In this document: positions 1 through 9,491 of the stretch, piece after piece
How the letters are laid out: each line of letters begins with the position of its first letter
Position numbering within the stretch: the first letter of the stretch is position 1
From: Pirellula staleyi DSM 6068
GTDB lineage: Bacteria; Planctomycetota; Planctomycetia; Pirellulales; Pirellulaceae
DNA: 32,000 bases
Direction of reading: 5' to 3'
Assembly (NCBI GenBank): GCA_000025185.1
Contig: CP001848.1
Location: 600,001-632,000 of the forward strand
Program-made: the position numbers and the translations under genes
Notes under the pieces: generated by a model
Told to the model about the DNA's origin: nothing
What the model saw: only the letters and a program-made list of their open reading frames with translations
Database searches by the model: none

Positions 1-489
1 TTTCACCAGACCGAAGTCGGCCACCTTAATGCGGCCACCCACGATCAGCATGTTCTCGGGTTTCACGTCAAGGTGCTGCAGCGAATGCTGCTCGCTCATG
101 TAGTCGAGCGCGTCGGCGGCATCGTGCAGATGCTGCAGCAACTCTTCGCGAGCAATACCGGTCTGTCCCGCTTTGCGGCACTGCTCGTAACGATCCTTCA
201 AACTGCAATCGGCAAGTTCGGTAACGATCAGCAGTTGACTATCGACCACCTCGATCCGCTCGAGCGAGAGCAAGAACGGATGCCGGACACCCTTGATGCG
301 ATTGAGCGCTTTGAGCTCGCGCGCTGCACGGTCTTCATCGAGCAAGCCGTAGACGAACTTGATCGCCTTGATCAGCTGCCCCGGAGCTTCAGCCGTCCAG
401 ACTTCGCCGTAGCCGCCAGCGCCAATGCGCTGCACAACCCGGTAGCCAGGAATCGGTTCAGGTGATCGTGAAACGAGTGGGGAAGACAC
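1..489 (-). CDS. Ser/Thr protein kinase (Hanks type), N-terminal part; gene continues past the window start
   Basis: Absent from the ORF track because it runs off the edge. Reverse-strand translation from GTG at 489 (in-frame TGA just upstream) gives VSSPLVSRSPEPIPGYRVVQRIGAGGYGEVWTAEAPGQLIKAIKFVYG...LQHLDVKPENMLIVGGRIKVADFGLVK. It shows a Gly loop GAGGYG, an AIK lysine, a catalytic loop HLDVKPEN (non-RD, Leu for Arg) and DFG. Confidence 0.85.
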   Translation of the reverse strand, partial: MSSPLVSRSPEPIPGYRVVQRIGAGGYGEVWTAEAPGQLIKAIKFVYGLLDEDRAARELKALNRIKGVRHPFLLSLERIEVVDSQLLIVTELADCSLKDRYEQCRKAGQTGIAREELLQHLHDAADALDYMSEQHSLQHLDVKPENMLIVGGRIKVADFGLVK

Positions 490-823
490 CGCTAAGTAAC
501 CTCAGCCTGCAAGGGGCTTACCATACCTATCGAGGATCGCCGGCACCGAACGAAGACGTTCGTCGAGAAACTTTTGCCTTGCGCGAGCAGGCGAAATTCG
601 CTCACTCGTAGCGCAAGCGCAGGAAGATCCCGGGGCTTGTTCGTACAAAGAAGTCTTGCTTATTTTTTGGCAAGCGACGAAGAAACGGCACGCAGAGCTT
701 CGCTCGCTGGCACTCGTTCTCAGCCCGGCGCGATACGACGCGCATGATCGCTACAACAGGCCCCGCAATCGGCTGTCGGGAATGGGCTGATGCGCTACAA
801 GATCGTTTCTGCCGACCACTCCC

Positions 824-1987
824 TTAGGTAGGAAGCCCAACGCCAGGGATGGGCCATTCAATTGTCGTCGGCCGGCCGTAATGATCTCCCTGAGCATAAC
901 GACAGCCGAGCGAACGACAGGTTTGTGCTTCGTTATCACTATGCACACCAGCCGCCACCAGTTGCGCGCCGATCTCCCCCGCAGCTTCCACAAGCGCTTT
1001 GATCTGACGCTGACGTTCGCTGCTGCGATCAACGCCTCGCGCCAGCGATGGCGAGAGCTTGATAAAGTCAGGAGCGAAGTCCTTTTGACTTTTGATCTGA
1101 TGCTGGCCCCCTGCAAAACCGACGTAAGCAACTCCTAATCCGAGTGCACGAAGACGATCGACAAAGTGGCGAAAGTACGGAATATCAACCACCGCTGAAT
1201 CGGGAATTTCTGCCACAACACGCTTGCCACCACTCACCGACGTGAGCGAAGCAAGAGACAGCGGCAACGCATCGGCTCCCACTTCGGCAGGCTGCAGATT
1301 CAGCAGCAACCACTGCGCGCCGGGCATCGTGGCGGCTTGTTCAGCTGCGAGTAAACGGTGCAGCTGTTGGGCTCGCTCGGTGAGTCGACAATCGGTCGAT
1401 TGCAACAGACGCTCGGCAGTGGTGGGCTCGAGTCCCGCGAGTTGCGGCCGGCGGATCGCTTCATACCCAACAGTGATTCCATCGCGTAAGTCGACGATTG
1501 GCTGAAAACGATTCCGTGCCGCGCGATGCAGCAGCATCTCCTGCTGCGCTCGTACCGCTTTCACGAGCAAAATAGCCGCATCATCGACACCATCCGACAT
1601 CGTTTCACAGGAATCCATCGGCTGCGTTACGGTTTTTCGAGTCGCCTCATCTCCCTTGGAATGAAAGCTAAACTCGACATCCGCTATCACCAACAAATCG
1701 CCATCGTGCAGCACCGTTTCGTCGATCTTCTGACCGTTCAAAACGGTACCGTTGGTACTCTTCAGATCGCGGACGCGAAACTGCGAGCCGTCGAACAAAA
1801 TCTCGGCATGCTCGCGTGATACTTTCGACGACAAGATCTGATAGTCGCACGATTCGTTCCGTCCCACCGTGAACGGAAACTGCTCGAGAGGGATCTGTTC
1901 CACCTGCCCCGAGGAGTCGCTCCGCTGAAGCCACGGAGTGAGCGTTTGCGTCGCGGAAAGCATCTTTGTGCGCATATGCACTGCCAC
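824..1987 (-). CDS. FHA domain / degenerate EAL domain protein (probably a non-catalytic c-di-GMP-related module)
   Basis: 387-aa track ORF. FHA signature: FTVGRNESCD...SREHA...STNGT (residues about 36-108). EAL fold: FQPIVDL..GYEAIRRP..LLLNLQP..AEIPD. The canonical DDFGTG is VGFAGG, K-x-D is KLS and EGVE is AGVH. Confidence 0.85.
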   Translation of the reverse strand: MAVHMRTKMLSATQTLTPWLQRSDSSGQVEQIPLEQFPFTVGRNESCDYQILSSKVSREHAEILFDGSQFRVRDLKSTNGTVLNGQKIDETVLHDGDLLVIADVEFSFHSKGDEATRKTVTQPMDSCETMSDGVDDAAILLVKAVRAQQEMLLHRAARNRFQPIVDLRDGITVGYEAIRRPQLAGLEPTTAERLLQSTDCRLTERAQQLHRLLAAEQAATMPGAQWLLLNLQPAEVGADALPLSLASLTSVSGGKRVVAEIPDSAVVDIPYFRHFVDRLRALGLGVAYVGFAGGQHQIKSQKDFAPDFIKLSPSLARGVDRSSERQRQIKALVEAAGEIGAQLVAAGVHSDNEAQTCRSLGCRYAQGDHYGRPTTIEWPIPGVGLPT

Positions 1988-2288
1988 CTTGCCCGCAGAA
2001 ATGCGCAGCCATCATGCCCGCGCATTTCACCGATCGAGAGATGAGAAAAGAGGCGTTTTCCTGGGATTTTCACATGAATTTCCCAGACACCGAGCGCCTG
2101 CGGCCAGCCAACCCCGCCAGCGAGTGGCGAAAGTGAACCGCAACGCAAATCTAGCTCACGATTCGGCGCGAGGCCGAATTCTCGACAAATATTTTTTCTC
2201 AAGGGGCAAGCTGCTCGCCACCACAGAAGCGCCTGGTGTTTTCTTCACAAAACTTGATCGCACGCCATTTTTGTGACCTACACTTTCG

Positions 2289-3797
2289 GTGAACCCAAAA
2301 ACTCCGTGGCCTAAGCACCCTCGGCTCAAGAGCTCCATGACGCACGCTACCGCAGAACTATCAGCGACCTCCAACTCCAGGCCGTTCTCACTGCTTGTGG
2401 TTTCGCCCGATCGCAAGTTGCTTCGTCAACTTGCGAGATTTCTCGACGTGTTTGGCTATCACACTCGCCAGGCAGCCGACGTGAATCAAGCGATTGCCGC
2501 AGCCCAGTGCGGACCTGTTGATTTTCTGATCGCCGATGCGCTCACTCCGGTTCCTCCCGGAACACAGCTCTGCAAACTGGTCCGAGCCCAGGCCCGAGGT
2601 GGCTATACCTACTCGCTCCTCGCGCTTGCCGATCCCACCGTACAGCAAGTGACTGAAGCACTCGAAGCTGGTTTCGACGACTTCCTCGCCCGGCCGATTG
2701 TGTTTGGCGAATTGCTCGCGCGTCTTCGCGCTGGAGCGCGGGTGATCGAGTTCGAACGCCGCTTAGCCACCCAATCGGGCTGCGATCCGGTCACGAAACT
2801 CCCCGATCGAAGCTTGCTCGCCAAGTTCCTCGCTCAGCCGATTCCGGCCCCGTTTACTCAGCGGTTCCTGGCTATCCTCGATCTCGATTCTTTCTCGCGA
2901 GTGCCGCGTAATGCTGGCGCGGAAGCGTCGCATCTGCTGCTTCCGATCATCGCCGAACGTCTCTGCTCGCTTGCCCCCAGCGGAAGTTTTGTAGCCTCGC
3001 TCGGCGACGATCATTTCGCGGTGACCCTCGATACCACGAGCGAACACGATGCGATCGCTGCTGCTCAGAAAATGATCGACGCGCTCGCTGCCGAAACGTT
3101 TACGATCGGCACCTCGACCGTGCATCTCACCACCAGCTGTGGGTTGGTCGAACATCGTGCGTCGCAGCAATCAGCCGATGCCACCCTCGAAATGGCCGAG
3201 AGTTCGCTCGATCTCGCCAAATCATCGGGTGGCAACTGTGTGTGCACCTATCGCGAGGTAGATCACGACGAAGAAGCTTGGGCCGAACTGGCTGCTGCTG
3301 GTCGCTTGTTTGAAACGACACTCGCTCGCGATGTGATGTCCCCCTGCCCCCTCCTGGTGCACCTCGACGAGACTCTCGATCAAGCGCAAGCGATGATCAA
3401 TCTCACGCGGCTGTCGGCAGCTGTGGTGGTCGATTCGGAAGGTCGTCTCGCGGGACTATTAACCCAAGATCAACTCACGGCGCTCGATCCACGTCCTACT
3501 GGAAAACCACGAGGGGGGAGCAGCACGCGGCTCGTCCGCCATTTGATGACCAGCGATGTCCCCAAGTTCGACGAACGAGCGACGCTCGCCGAATTGCTCG
3601 AGTTTTTCACGGGAAATTCGAGCCCCTTGGCAGTGATCGTGAGCGAGAAGAAACCGACCGGCATTGTCTTTTGTCAGGCTCTCGCCGCTCTCAACGAGCG
3701 CCTAACCTCGTCTCATTTTGCTCCACTGCAATCGATCACTGAAACGAGCGACTATCTGCTCGTTCCCGATCTTTGCCATGCCGATACTTCTTGCTAG
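2289..3797 (+). CDS. Atypical receiver (REC) / degenerate GGDEF (GDDHF) / tandem CBS protein
   Basis: 502-aa track ORF; ATG at 2337 (MTHATAEL...) is an alternative start. REC: LLVVSPD...DFLIADALTP...LALADP...DDFLARP. GGDEF fold: DPVTKLPDR...LAILDLDSFSRV...VASLGDDHFAV...TTSCGLVEH. Two CBS motifs: ARDVMSPCPLLV...VVVDSEGRLAGLLT and VRHLMTSDVPKF...LAVIVSEKKPTGIV. Confidence 0.85.
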   Translation: MNPKTPWPKHPRLKSSMTHATAELSATSNSRPFSLLVVSPDRKLLRQLARFLDVFGYHTRQAADVNQAIAAAQCGPVDFLIADALTPVPPGTQLCKLVRAQARGGYTYSLLALADPTVQQVTEALEAGFDDFLARPIVFGELLARLRAGARVIEFERRLATQSGCDPVTKLPDRSLLAKFLAQPIPAPFTQRFLAILDLDSFSRVPRNAGAEASHLLLPIIAERLCSLAPSGSFVASLGDDHFAVTLDTTSEHDAIAAAQKMIDALAAETFTIGTSTVHLTTSCGLVEHRASQQSADATLEMAESSLDLAKSSGGNCVCTYREVDHDEEAWAELAAAGRLFETTLARDVMSPCPLLVHLDETLDQAQAMINLTRLSAAVVVDSEGRLAGLLTQDQLTALDPRPTGKPRGGSSTRLVRHLMTSDVPKFDERATLAELLEFFTGNSSPLAVIVSEKKPTGIVFCQALAALNERLTSSHFAPLQSITETSDYLLVPDLCHADTSC

Positions 3798-3916
3798 AGT
3801 CCCGCGCTCTAACTTCCGCTTCCTCGTAACTGGTACTGTCACTCCACCCCTTCATGCTGATTTGGCGACGATCAAGATGATCTCGCGATGGATCGACCAA
3901 CTCCCCGAGGCTCCCC

Positions 3917-5176
3917 ATGCAACTCGTACTGTTCGAGGATGAGTTCGTACCCAAACTCTATCCCATCACGGTTGGTCGTCCTGCCTTTGCAACGACGGTG
4001 GGAAGCTATCGCCTGATCGACTGGATGTCGTTTCTTGCGCAAGATGTTGGCGCGAAGATTCGAGCTGTCGTACGACCTCATCTTACGACGATCTTACACA
4101 TCGATTATCCACAGCTAGCTGCAGTCCCATCACCGGGCGATCTTCCTGTGCTCCTCGTCAATGCACGGATGGTCCCTTCACGAACGGTGTGCGAGAATCT
4201 CCTAGCGCTGCTAAAAACGGGTCAGTCGGGACTCGTGCGAAGTGGCGATGCGCTGGCAGCAGCGCTCATCACCGACCCGGCCCTCTTGCCCCCAACTAGC
4301 AACGATCTGAAGAAGTTTCTCGACTATCTCCACTCGAGCGTTTGGGCCAAATTGCCAACGATTTCCGGCAATTTTCCGCTACTTGACTACCCTCACGACA
4401 CGGTCCGTCACAATCTGTCGATCATCGACGAGAACCTCGCGCATCGACTTGCGCGCGGCAACTTCCAAGAGATTGCTACCGGTGTGTTTGCCGCTGAGGG
4501 GGCGACGCTCGGTGCCTACTGCGTAACCGATACGTCGAAAGGTCCGGTGCTGCTCGATCAAGGTGCCACCGTCGGGCCCTATACCTTGCTGCGCGGCCCA
4601 GCCTATATCGGACCCAAGTCACGTGTTCTCGAACACTCGGCCATCAAGGATGCTGTTTCGCTAGGACACACCACCAAGATCGGTGGCGAAGTCGAAGCGT
4701 CGATCGTCGAGCCTTACACCAACAAACAGCATCACGGATTTTTGGGACACAGCTATTTGGGAAGCTGGATCAATCTCGGTGCGGGAACATGCAACAGCGA
4801 TCTCAAAAACACCTACGGCATGGTGAAGATGGAATATCGTGGCGAGCATGTACAAACCGGGATGCAGTTCGTTGGCTGCATGATGGGGGACTATAGCAAG
4901 AGTGCAATCAACACCGGCATCTTCACCGGCAAAACGGTGGGAGCTTGCTCGATGGTCTATGGCTTCGTGACGACGAATGTCCCCAGCTTTGTGAACTATG
5001 CTCGGCTGTTTGGTCAAGTGACCGAGCTTCCCCCCGATGTGATGATCGCCACGCAGCAGCGCATGTTTCAGCGGCGCAGTGTGAGCCAGCGCCCCTGCGA
5101 CTCGCAGCTGATCCACGACATGTACGAGCTCACGCGGCACGAACGTCAGCTCGCGGGTGAACCGCTATCGCTCTAA
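3917..5176 (+). CDS. Putative sugar nucleotidyltransferase (NTP_transf_4-like N-terminus) with a C-terminal left-handed beta-helix (hexapeptide repeats)
   Basis: 419-aa ORF. The N-terminus MQLVLFEDEFVPKLYPITVGRPAF is typical of the 'putative sugar nucleotidyl transferase' family. The C-terminus (IGGEVEASIVEPYTNKQHHGFLGHSYLGSWINLGAGTCNSDLKNTYG) looks like a GlmU-type LbH. Confidence 0.7.
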   Translation: MQLVLFEDEFVPKLYPITVGRPAFATTVGSYRLIDWMSFLAQDVGAKIRAVVRPHLTTILHIDYPQLAAVPSPGDLPVLLVNARMVPSRTVCENLLALLKTGQSGLVRSGDALAAALITDPALLPPTSNDLKKFLDYLHSSVWAKLPTISGNFPLLDYPHDTVRHNLSIIDENLAHRLARGNFQEIATGVFAAEGATLGAYCVTDTSKGPVLLDQGATVGPYTLLRGPAYIGPKSRVLEHSAIKDAVSLGHTTKIGGEVEASIVEPYTNKQHHGFLGHSYLGSWINLGAGTCNSDLKNTYGMVKMEYRGEHVQTGMQFVGCMMGDYSKSAINTGIFTGKTVGACSMVYGFVTTNVPSFVNYARLFGQVTELPPDVMIATQQRMFQRRSVSQRPCDSQLIHDMYELTRHERQLAGEPLSL

Positions 5177-5532
5177 CGATCGTTGGGCCTGCGCCGCGCG
5201 ACCAGTGCCACGCTCACCCACTGCTTAGAGCGCCAGCTTCACGACTTCGCCAATCACGCGAATCAACTCTTGCGACAACTGGCTCGCCTTAAGTGCCTCA
5301 CTTTCCACAGCTTAGCGCAATCTTTTGCGCGTGACGGTGCGACTGCATGGGATCGTTGCCAGCAACGCTAGCGGCGTACGGTTCTTTGTAAAATTTACGC
5401 AATCTGGCCTCGAGCGACGTTGCTCGGTTTTGGCCGTTGGTGGTACAGTGCCCGCGATCCAGAGTCAGCCCGAGCGCGCTTGTTCGCCTCGATCGGCTGA
5501 AGGAGGTTCGAACTTCAGGACGAAGCTCGAGC

Positions 5533-5557
5533 GGTGCACAACTTCCCGTAGTGCACC
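5533..5557. promoter_or_regulatory. Perfect 7-bp inverted repeat GGTGCAC-N11-GTGCACC about 25 bp upstream of the sensor kinase start
   Basis: Read directly: ggtgcac (5533-5539) and gtgcacc (5551-5557). It contains the hexamers GGTGCA and TGCACC known from NtrC enhancer half-sites, but in swapped order and with wider spacing. It could equally be a 5' leader hairpin. Confidence 0.25.
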
Positions 5558-5581
5558 ACGGTTTGCGACAGGGAGGTCGCT

Positions 5582-7213
5582 GTGTTTTCCCGCTTATCCA
5601 TCAAATCGAAACTGCTCGTCTGCGTGGCGCTCCTCAGCGTCGCCACGTTGATCGTTGCCGTCAGCGGTTTTCGCGGGGTCTACAGCTATCGCCAACTCGC
5701 TCGCACCATCAGTCTACGTGCCAGCGAACTCCCACTGGCAGGCGACCTTTCACGCACGCTCAGTGATTTGCGAGTGACCCTCAGCCGCGCACGGCAAGTC
5801 ACGTCACTCACGCTCGATGGTGAAGCGACGGAAATCGATATCGTGGTGCTGCGTCACGAGTTTCGCACAAAGCTCGATGCGGTCGAAGGAAAGCTTCAGC
5901 AGTACCGCGCACAGCTCGAGACGGAACTGCCCAGCGATCCACGTTTTGGCGACCGATCGCACGAACGTAAAACCATCGACGCGATCGAACGATCACTCAA
6001 AGAGCTGGCAAGTTCCAAGGATCAGCCCGACTGGATTCTCGATCCCGTGCGCGTGATGTCCCTTTCGGCACAAGCCGACGAGGTGTATGAATTGTCGGCC
6101 TCGTTGCCGCAAGAACTGCATCAGCGTATGCACGATTTCGCGAAGGAAATCCGGATCGAATATCGTACCTGGATTGTCGCAACGTGGGTCAGCACGCTAC
6201 TAGCGGGCGGACTACTGTGCGCGATGTTTGTGCTCTCTTACACCTGGATCGTAGCGCCGCTGCAGGTGCTCATCGATGGCTCGCGGCGCATTGCCCAGCG
6301 CGACGATTTCGATCACCGCATTTTTTTGAAATCACGCGATGAAATGGCCGAACTGGCTAGCGCGCTCAATGAAATGACCGCGCGTTTTCAAGAGATTCGT
6401 CGCGATCTCGATGATCAAGTGAAACAGCGCACCAAAGAAGTGGTGCGGAGCGAGCAGCTCGCCAGCGTCGGCTTTTTGGCAGCTGGCGTGGCGCACGAAA
6501 TCAACAATCCACTCGCTTCGATTGCCTGGTGTGCTGAGTCGCTCGAATCGCGGCTGTACGACATTTTGCATGACGATTTGACCAAGCCCACCGAGCAACA
6601 AAGCGCTGAAATCGCCGTACTCCGAAAGTACCTCACGCGTATTCAGGACGAAGCGTTCCGCTGCAAAGGAATCACCGACGGCCTGCTCGATTTTTCGCGC
6701 CTCGGCGATGTCGAAAAACAAGCCACCGACCTGGGCGAGTTGATCGAAGGTGTGATCGAGATGGTGCGCCATCTCGGCAAATATCGCGAGAAGCAAGTCG
6801 AATTCACTTCCGAAGGACGCGTGGCTTGCCCCGTGAATGCACAAGAGTTCAAGCAAGTGATGCTGAACCTGATTACCAACGGCCTCGACAGTTTGGACCC
6901 CGGCGGGATTGTGCACGTGACACTCAAAAAGAGTGGAAATTCGGCGGAAATCCTCGTTCGCGACAATGGCTGTGGCATGTCCCCTGAAGTGCTCGAGCAC
7001 TTGTTTGAACCGTTCTTTACTCGGCGGCGCGATGGTCAGGGAACTGGCCTCGGGCTCTCGATTACGTATCGCATTGTGATGGATCACGGCGGGAGCCTGC
7101 AGCCCGCCAGCGATGGACCAGGTAAGGGTTCGCGCATGCGACTCCTCTTGCCACTCGACGCCAAGGATAAGGCGACTCATGAAAGAGACCATGAAAAACG
7201 ACAAGCCGCTTAA
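5582..7213 (+). CDS. Sensor histidine kinase (2 TM, HAMP, HisKA, HATPase_c), NtrB/AtoS-like
   Basis: 543-aa ORF with a GTG start preceded by GGGAGG. TM segments [20 protein letters not shown] and [25 protein letters not shown] region ([15 protein letters not shown]...). H-box [16 protein letters not shown] boxes [14 protein letters not shown] and GTGLGLS. Confidence 0.9.
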   Translation: MFSRLSIKSKLLVCVALLSVATLIVAVSGFRGVYSYRQLARTISLRASELPLAGDLSRTLSDLRVTLSRARQVTSLTLDGEATEIDIVVLRHEFRTKLDAVEGKLQQYRAQLETELPSDPRFGDRSHERKTIDAIERSLKELASSKDQPDWILDPVRVMSLSAQADEVYELSASLPQELHQRMHDFAKEIRIEYRTWIVATWVSTLLAGGLLCAMFVLSYTWIVAPLQVLIDGSRRIAQRDDFDHRIFLKSRDEMAELASALNEMTARFQEIRRDLDDQVKQRTKEVVRSEQLASVGFLAAGVAHEINNPLASIAWCAESLESRLYDILHDDLTKPTEQQSAEIAVLRKYLTRIQDEAFRCKGITDGLLDFSRLGDVEKQATDLGELIEGVIEMVRHLGKYREKQVEFTSEGRVACPVNAQEFKQVMLNLITNGLDSLDPGGIVHVTLKKSGNSAEILVRDNGCGMSPEVLEHLFEPFFTRRRDGQGTGLGLSITYRIVMDHGGSLQPASDGPGKGSRMRLLLPLDAKDKATHERDHEKRQAA

Positions 7214-8576
7214 TCGTCTGAAGATCCTCTTCGCCGACGACGAAGCCGCCCTTCAGGAACTCATGAGCCTCGAGCTCCCACGCATGGGACACGAGGTGAC
7301 GGTGTGCCCCGATGGACCGACGGCTGTCGCTGCGCTCGAACTCAATACTTACGACTGCATTATCGTCGACCTCGATATGCCAGGAATGAATGGCATTCAG
7401 GTGATCGGTAAATGCAAGGAACTCGCCCCCGATACCGATGCGGTGGTGCTGACCGGCAAAAGCTCGTTCGACTCGGCGATCGCTGCGCTGCGGTTTGGAG
7501 CGTTTGATTATCTGACAAAGCCCTGCAAACTCGTCGATCTGAAGGCACTGCTCCACCGAGTCGCCGCCAAGCGCGAGTGGGTGAACAAGTGCCGCGCGCT
7601 CAAGCATCAGCTCGAGCGTCTCGAAGGGAAGACCGAGCTGGTAGGGTCTAGCCGCGCGATGGATCAGGTGCGCAAGCTGATTCAGAAAGTGGCTCCCACC
7701 GGCAGCACCGTGCTGGTGCTGGGTGAAACGGGAACCGGTAAGGAACTCGTCGCTCGCGCGGTGCATCAGCAGTCGCTACGTGCGGAAAAGCCGTTCGTCG
7801 CTGTGAACTGCGGAGCACTTCCCGAGAGCCTGATCGAAAGCGAACTGTTTGGGCATCGCAAGGGTTCCTTCACCGGTGCCGACGATCACCGGGTTGGACT
7901 TTTTGAAGTGGCCCACGGAGGAACGATTTTCCTCGACGAAATCGGAGAGCTTCCGAAGTCGATGCAAGCCAAGCTGTTGCGCGTGCTCGAGAGTGGTGAA
8001 ATTCGCCGCGTCGGCGACAATAACGCGTTCGTGGTGGATGTGCGTGTCGTTTGCGCTACGCACCGCAATTTGCCCGAGATGGTGGAAGCGGGCGATTTCC
8101 GCGAAGACTTGATGTATCGCATCAACACCTTCGAACTGCATATTCCCCCTTTGCGCGAGCGGCTCGATGATATCGAAGATCTCGCCAGCCACTTGCTCCG
8201 GCGGTTCCTCCCGACCCTCAAAGCGGGCGACACTTGCTTTACCCCCGAAGCGGTTCAGCTGCTCGAAAAACATGGCTGGCCGGGGAACGTTCGGGAACTA
8301 GCCAACGTGATTGAGCATGCCTCGATCTTGTGCGACAAGGCACCGATCACACCTGAGAACTTGCCGCAGCGACTGAGTGGACGAATCAAGCCGCAACTCA
8401 CCCGGGCACGTATCGCGGGACCGATTTCGCTCCGCGATCTTGAAATGCAAGCGATCCACGAGGCACTCGATCGCCACAATGGCAATAAGCCCGAAGCGGC
8501 GGAAGAACTCGGCATCAGCCTCAAAACGCTCTACAACAAGCTGAACCAAACCACCGCGCTCGAGAAATCGGCGTAG
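7179..8576 (+). CDS. Sigma-54-dependent response regulator (NtrC family: REC, AAA+, Fis-type HTH)
   Basis: The track ORF starts at 7113. I prefer ATG 7179 ([22 protein letters not shown]) or 7191; both overlap the kinase stop. REC Asp in IIVDLDMPG. Walker [15 protein letters not shown]-type loop GSFTGA. ESELFGH. C-terminal [19 protein letters not shown]. Confidence 0.9.
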   Translation: MKETMKNDKPLNRLKILFADDEAALQELMSLELPRMGHEVTVCPDGPTAVAALELNTYDCIIVDLDMPGMNGIQVIGKCKELAPDTDAVVLTGKSSFDSAIAALRFGAFDYLTKPCKLVDLKALLHRVAAKREWVNKCRALKHQLERLEGKTELVGSSRAMDQVRKLIQKVAPTGSTVLVLGETGTGKELVARAVHQQSLRAEKPFVAVNCGALPESLIESELFGHRKGSFTGADDHRVGLFEVAHGGTIFLDEIGELPKSMQAKLLRVLESGEIRRVGDNNAFVVDVRVVCATHRNLPEMVEAGDFREDLMYRINTFELHIPPLRERLDDIEDLASHLLRRFLPTLKAGDTCFTPEAVQLLEKHGWPGNVRELANVIEHASILCDKAPITPENLPQRLSGRIKPQLTRARIAGPISLRDLEMQAIHEALDRHNGNKPEAAEELGISLKTLYNKLNQTTALEKSA

Positions 8577-8765
8577 CGATCGTTTGGGAAATCGATGCCA
8601 GGCTCTTAGCGAGCAACCTTGTTGCGCGATCTCAAGAAATGCTTGAGGTCGCTCGAGAGTCGTCGATATAGGGCGCAATTCGAGCGCCCCTGTCCAGACC
8701 GTAAGCCAAGGAGCTACGGCTTCGCTCGATCAGTGCTCGCAAAAGCTCTTGGCGCTCAGGAGCGT

Positions 8766-9401
8766 TTACTTTCCCATGTTGCGGACGACACCGACGACGA
8801 TGCCGACGACGTTGGCTTCTTTCAGGTAGATCGGCTGCATGGTGCTGTTGGCAGGTTGCAGACGGACCCCCTTGGCCTCGGGGAACCAGTATTTCAGGGT
8901 CGCTTCCCCTTCGGGACTTTGTGCGACAACCATCTGCCCGGCGTTGGCCGACTTTTGCTTCTTCACGACGACATAATCGCCGTCGGAGATATGGGCCTCA
9001 ATCATCGAGTCACCACGCACCTGTAAGACGAACAGGTTCTTTTTCGAGAACATCTCGGCGAAATCGATGCGCTCGTTCTGCTCGAAGGCGAGGTTCGTCA
9101 GTCCAGCCGCTACGGTGCCAGCCAGAGGCAAGCCTTTATCTTCGGCGACAATTTCCGGAGCGAGTTCGATCGCACGGGCCACGGCCCGATCTTGTTTACG
9201 AACGCGCTGTAGCAGCCCCTTCTTTTCGAGCGCTTTGAGGTGACACATCACACCGTTAGGGCTGCGAATGTCGAAATGCTCGCCAATTTCGCGAACCGTC
9301 GGGCCATAGCCACGGGTTCGGATCTGCTCCCGAATGAACTCGAACACCAGCGATTGACGCTTTGTGAGGGTGTCGGTCAATGTGTCGGCGGCACTGTTCA
9401 T
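8766..9401 (-). CDS. lexA: LexA repressor
   Basis: The track ORF extends to 9485. The likely start is ATG 9401 (MNSAADTLTDTLTKRQSLVFEFI...). Winged HTH: GYGPTVREIGEHFDIRSPNGVMCHLKALEKKG. Ala-Gly cleavage site: GTVAAGL. Catalytic Ser in VRGDSM and Lys in VVVKKQ. Confidence 0.9.
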   Translation of the reverse strand: MNSAADTLTDTLTKRQSLVFEFIREQIRTRGYGPTVREIGEHFDIRSPNGVMCHLKALEKKGLLQRVRKQDRAVARAIELAPEIVAEDKGLPLAGTVAAGLTNLAFEQNERIDFAEMFSKKNLFVLQVRGDSMIEAHISDGDYVVVKKQKSANAGQMVVAQSPEGEATLKYWFPEAKGVRLQPANSTMQPIYLKEANVVGIVVGVVRNMGK

Positions 9402-9491
9402 ACATTTTCCTTTGAAGGCATTCCTCTTTCGGTGGCGGGGGCTCCTCCACTGGCGGAATTCTAATATACCGCTGTTCACTTTCAAGCCAAA

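Noticed and set aside
5174-5187. TA(A/G)-CGATCGTT(T)GGG immediately after two stop codons (5174-5187 and 8574-8588)
   Set aside because: It is only about 11 shared bases. CGATCG is very frequent throughout this window, so coincidence is likely, and no secondary structure is apparent.
5505-5513. tRNA T-loop-like GGTTCGAAC (also GGTTCGAAACC near 31840)
   Set aside because: The flanking bases do not form T-arm, acceptor or anticodon stems. The second copy is inside the PafA/Dop-like coding frame and encodes WFETE.
7113-7178. Upstream extension of the NtrC-type regulator ORF (start at 7113)
   Set aside because: It would overlap the kinase by 100 nt and add a Cys/Arg-rich peptide. ATG 7179 or 7191 gives a normal receiver N-terminus.
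6332-7766. Long minus-strand ORFs (290 aa and 234 aa) opposite the histidine kinase and the NtrC-type regulator
   Set aside because: They lie antisense to genes with unambiguous domain signatures. Their Arg/His/Ala-rich composition is typical of shadow ORFs in GC-rich DNA, and no motif is recognisable.
8671-8689. Hairpin GGGCGC-aattcga-GCGCCC between the convergent ntrC-type and lexA genes, considered as a bidirectional terminator
   Set aside because: It has only a 6-bp stem and no T/U tract on either strand. It is plausible but unsupported. Canonical intrinsic terminators seem rare in the whole window.
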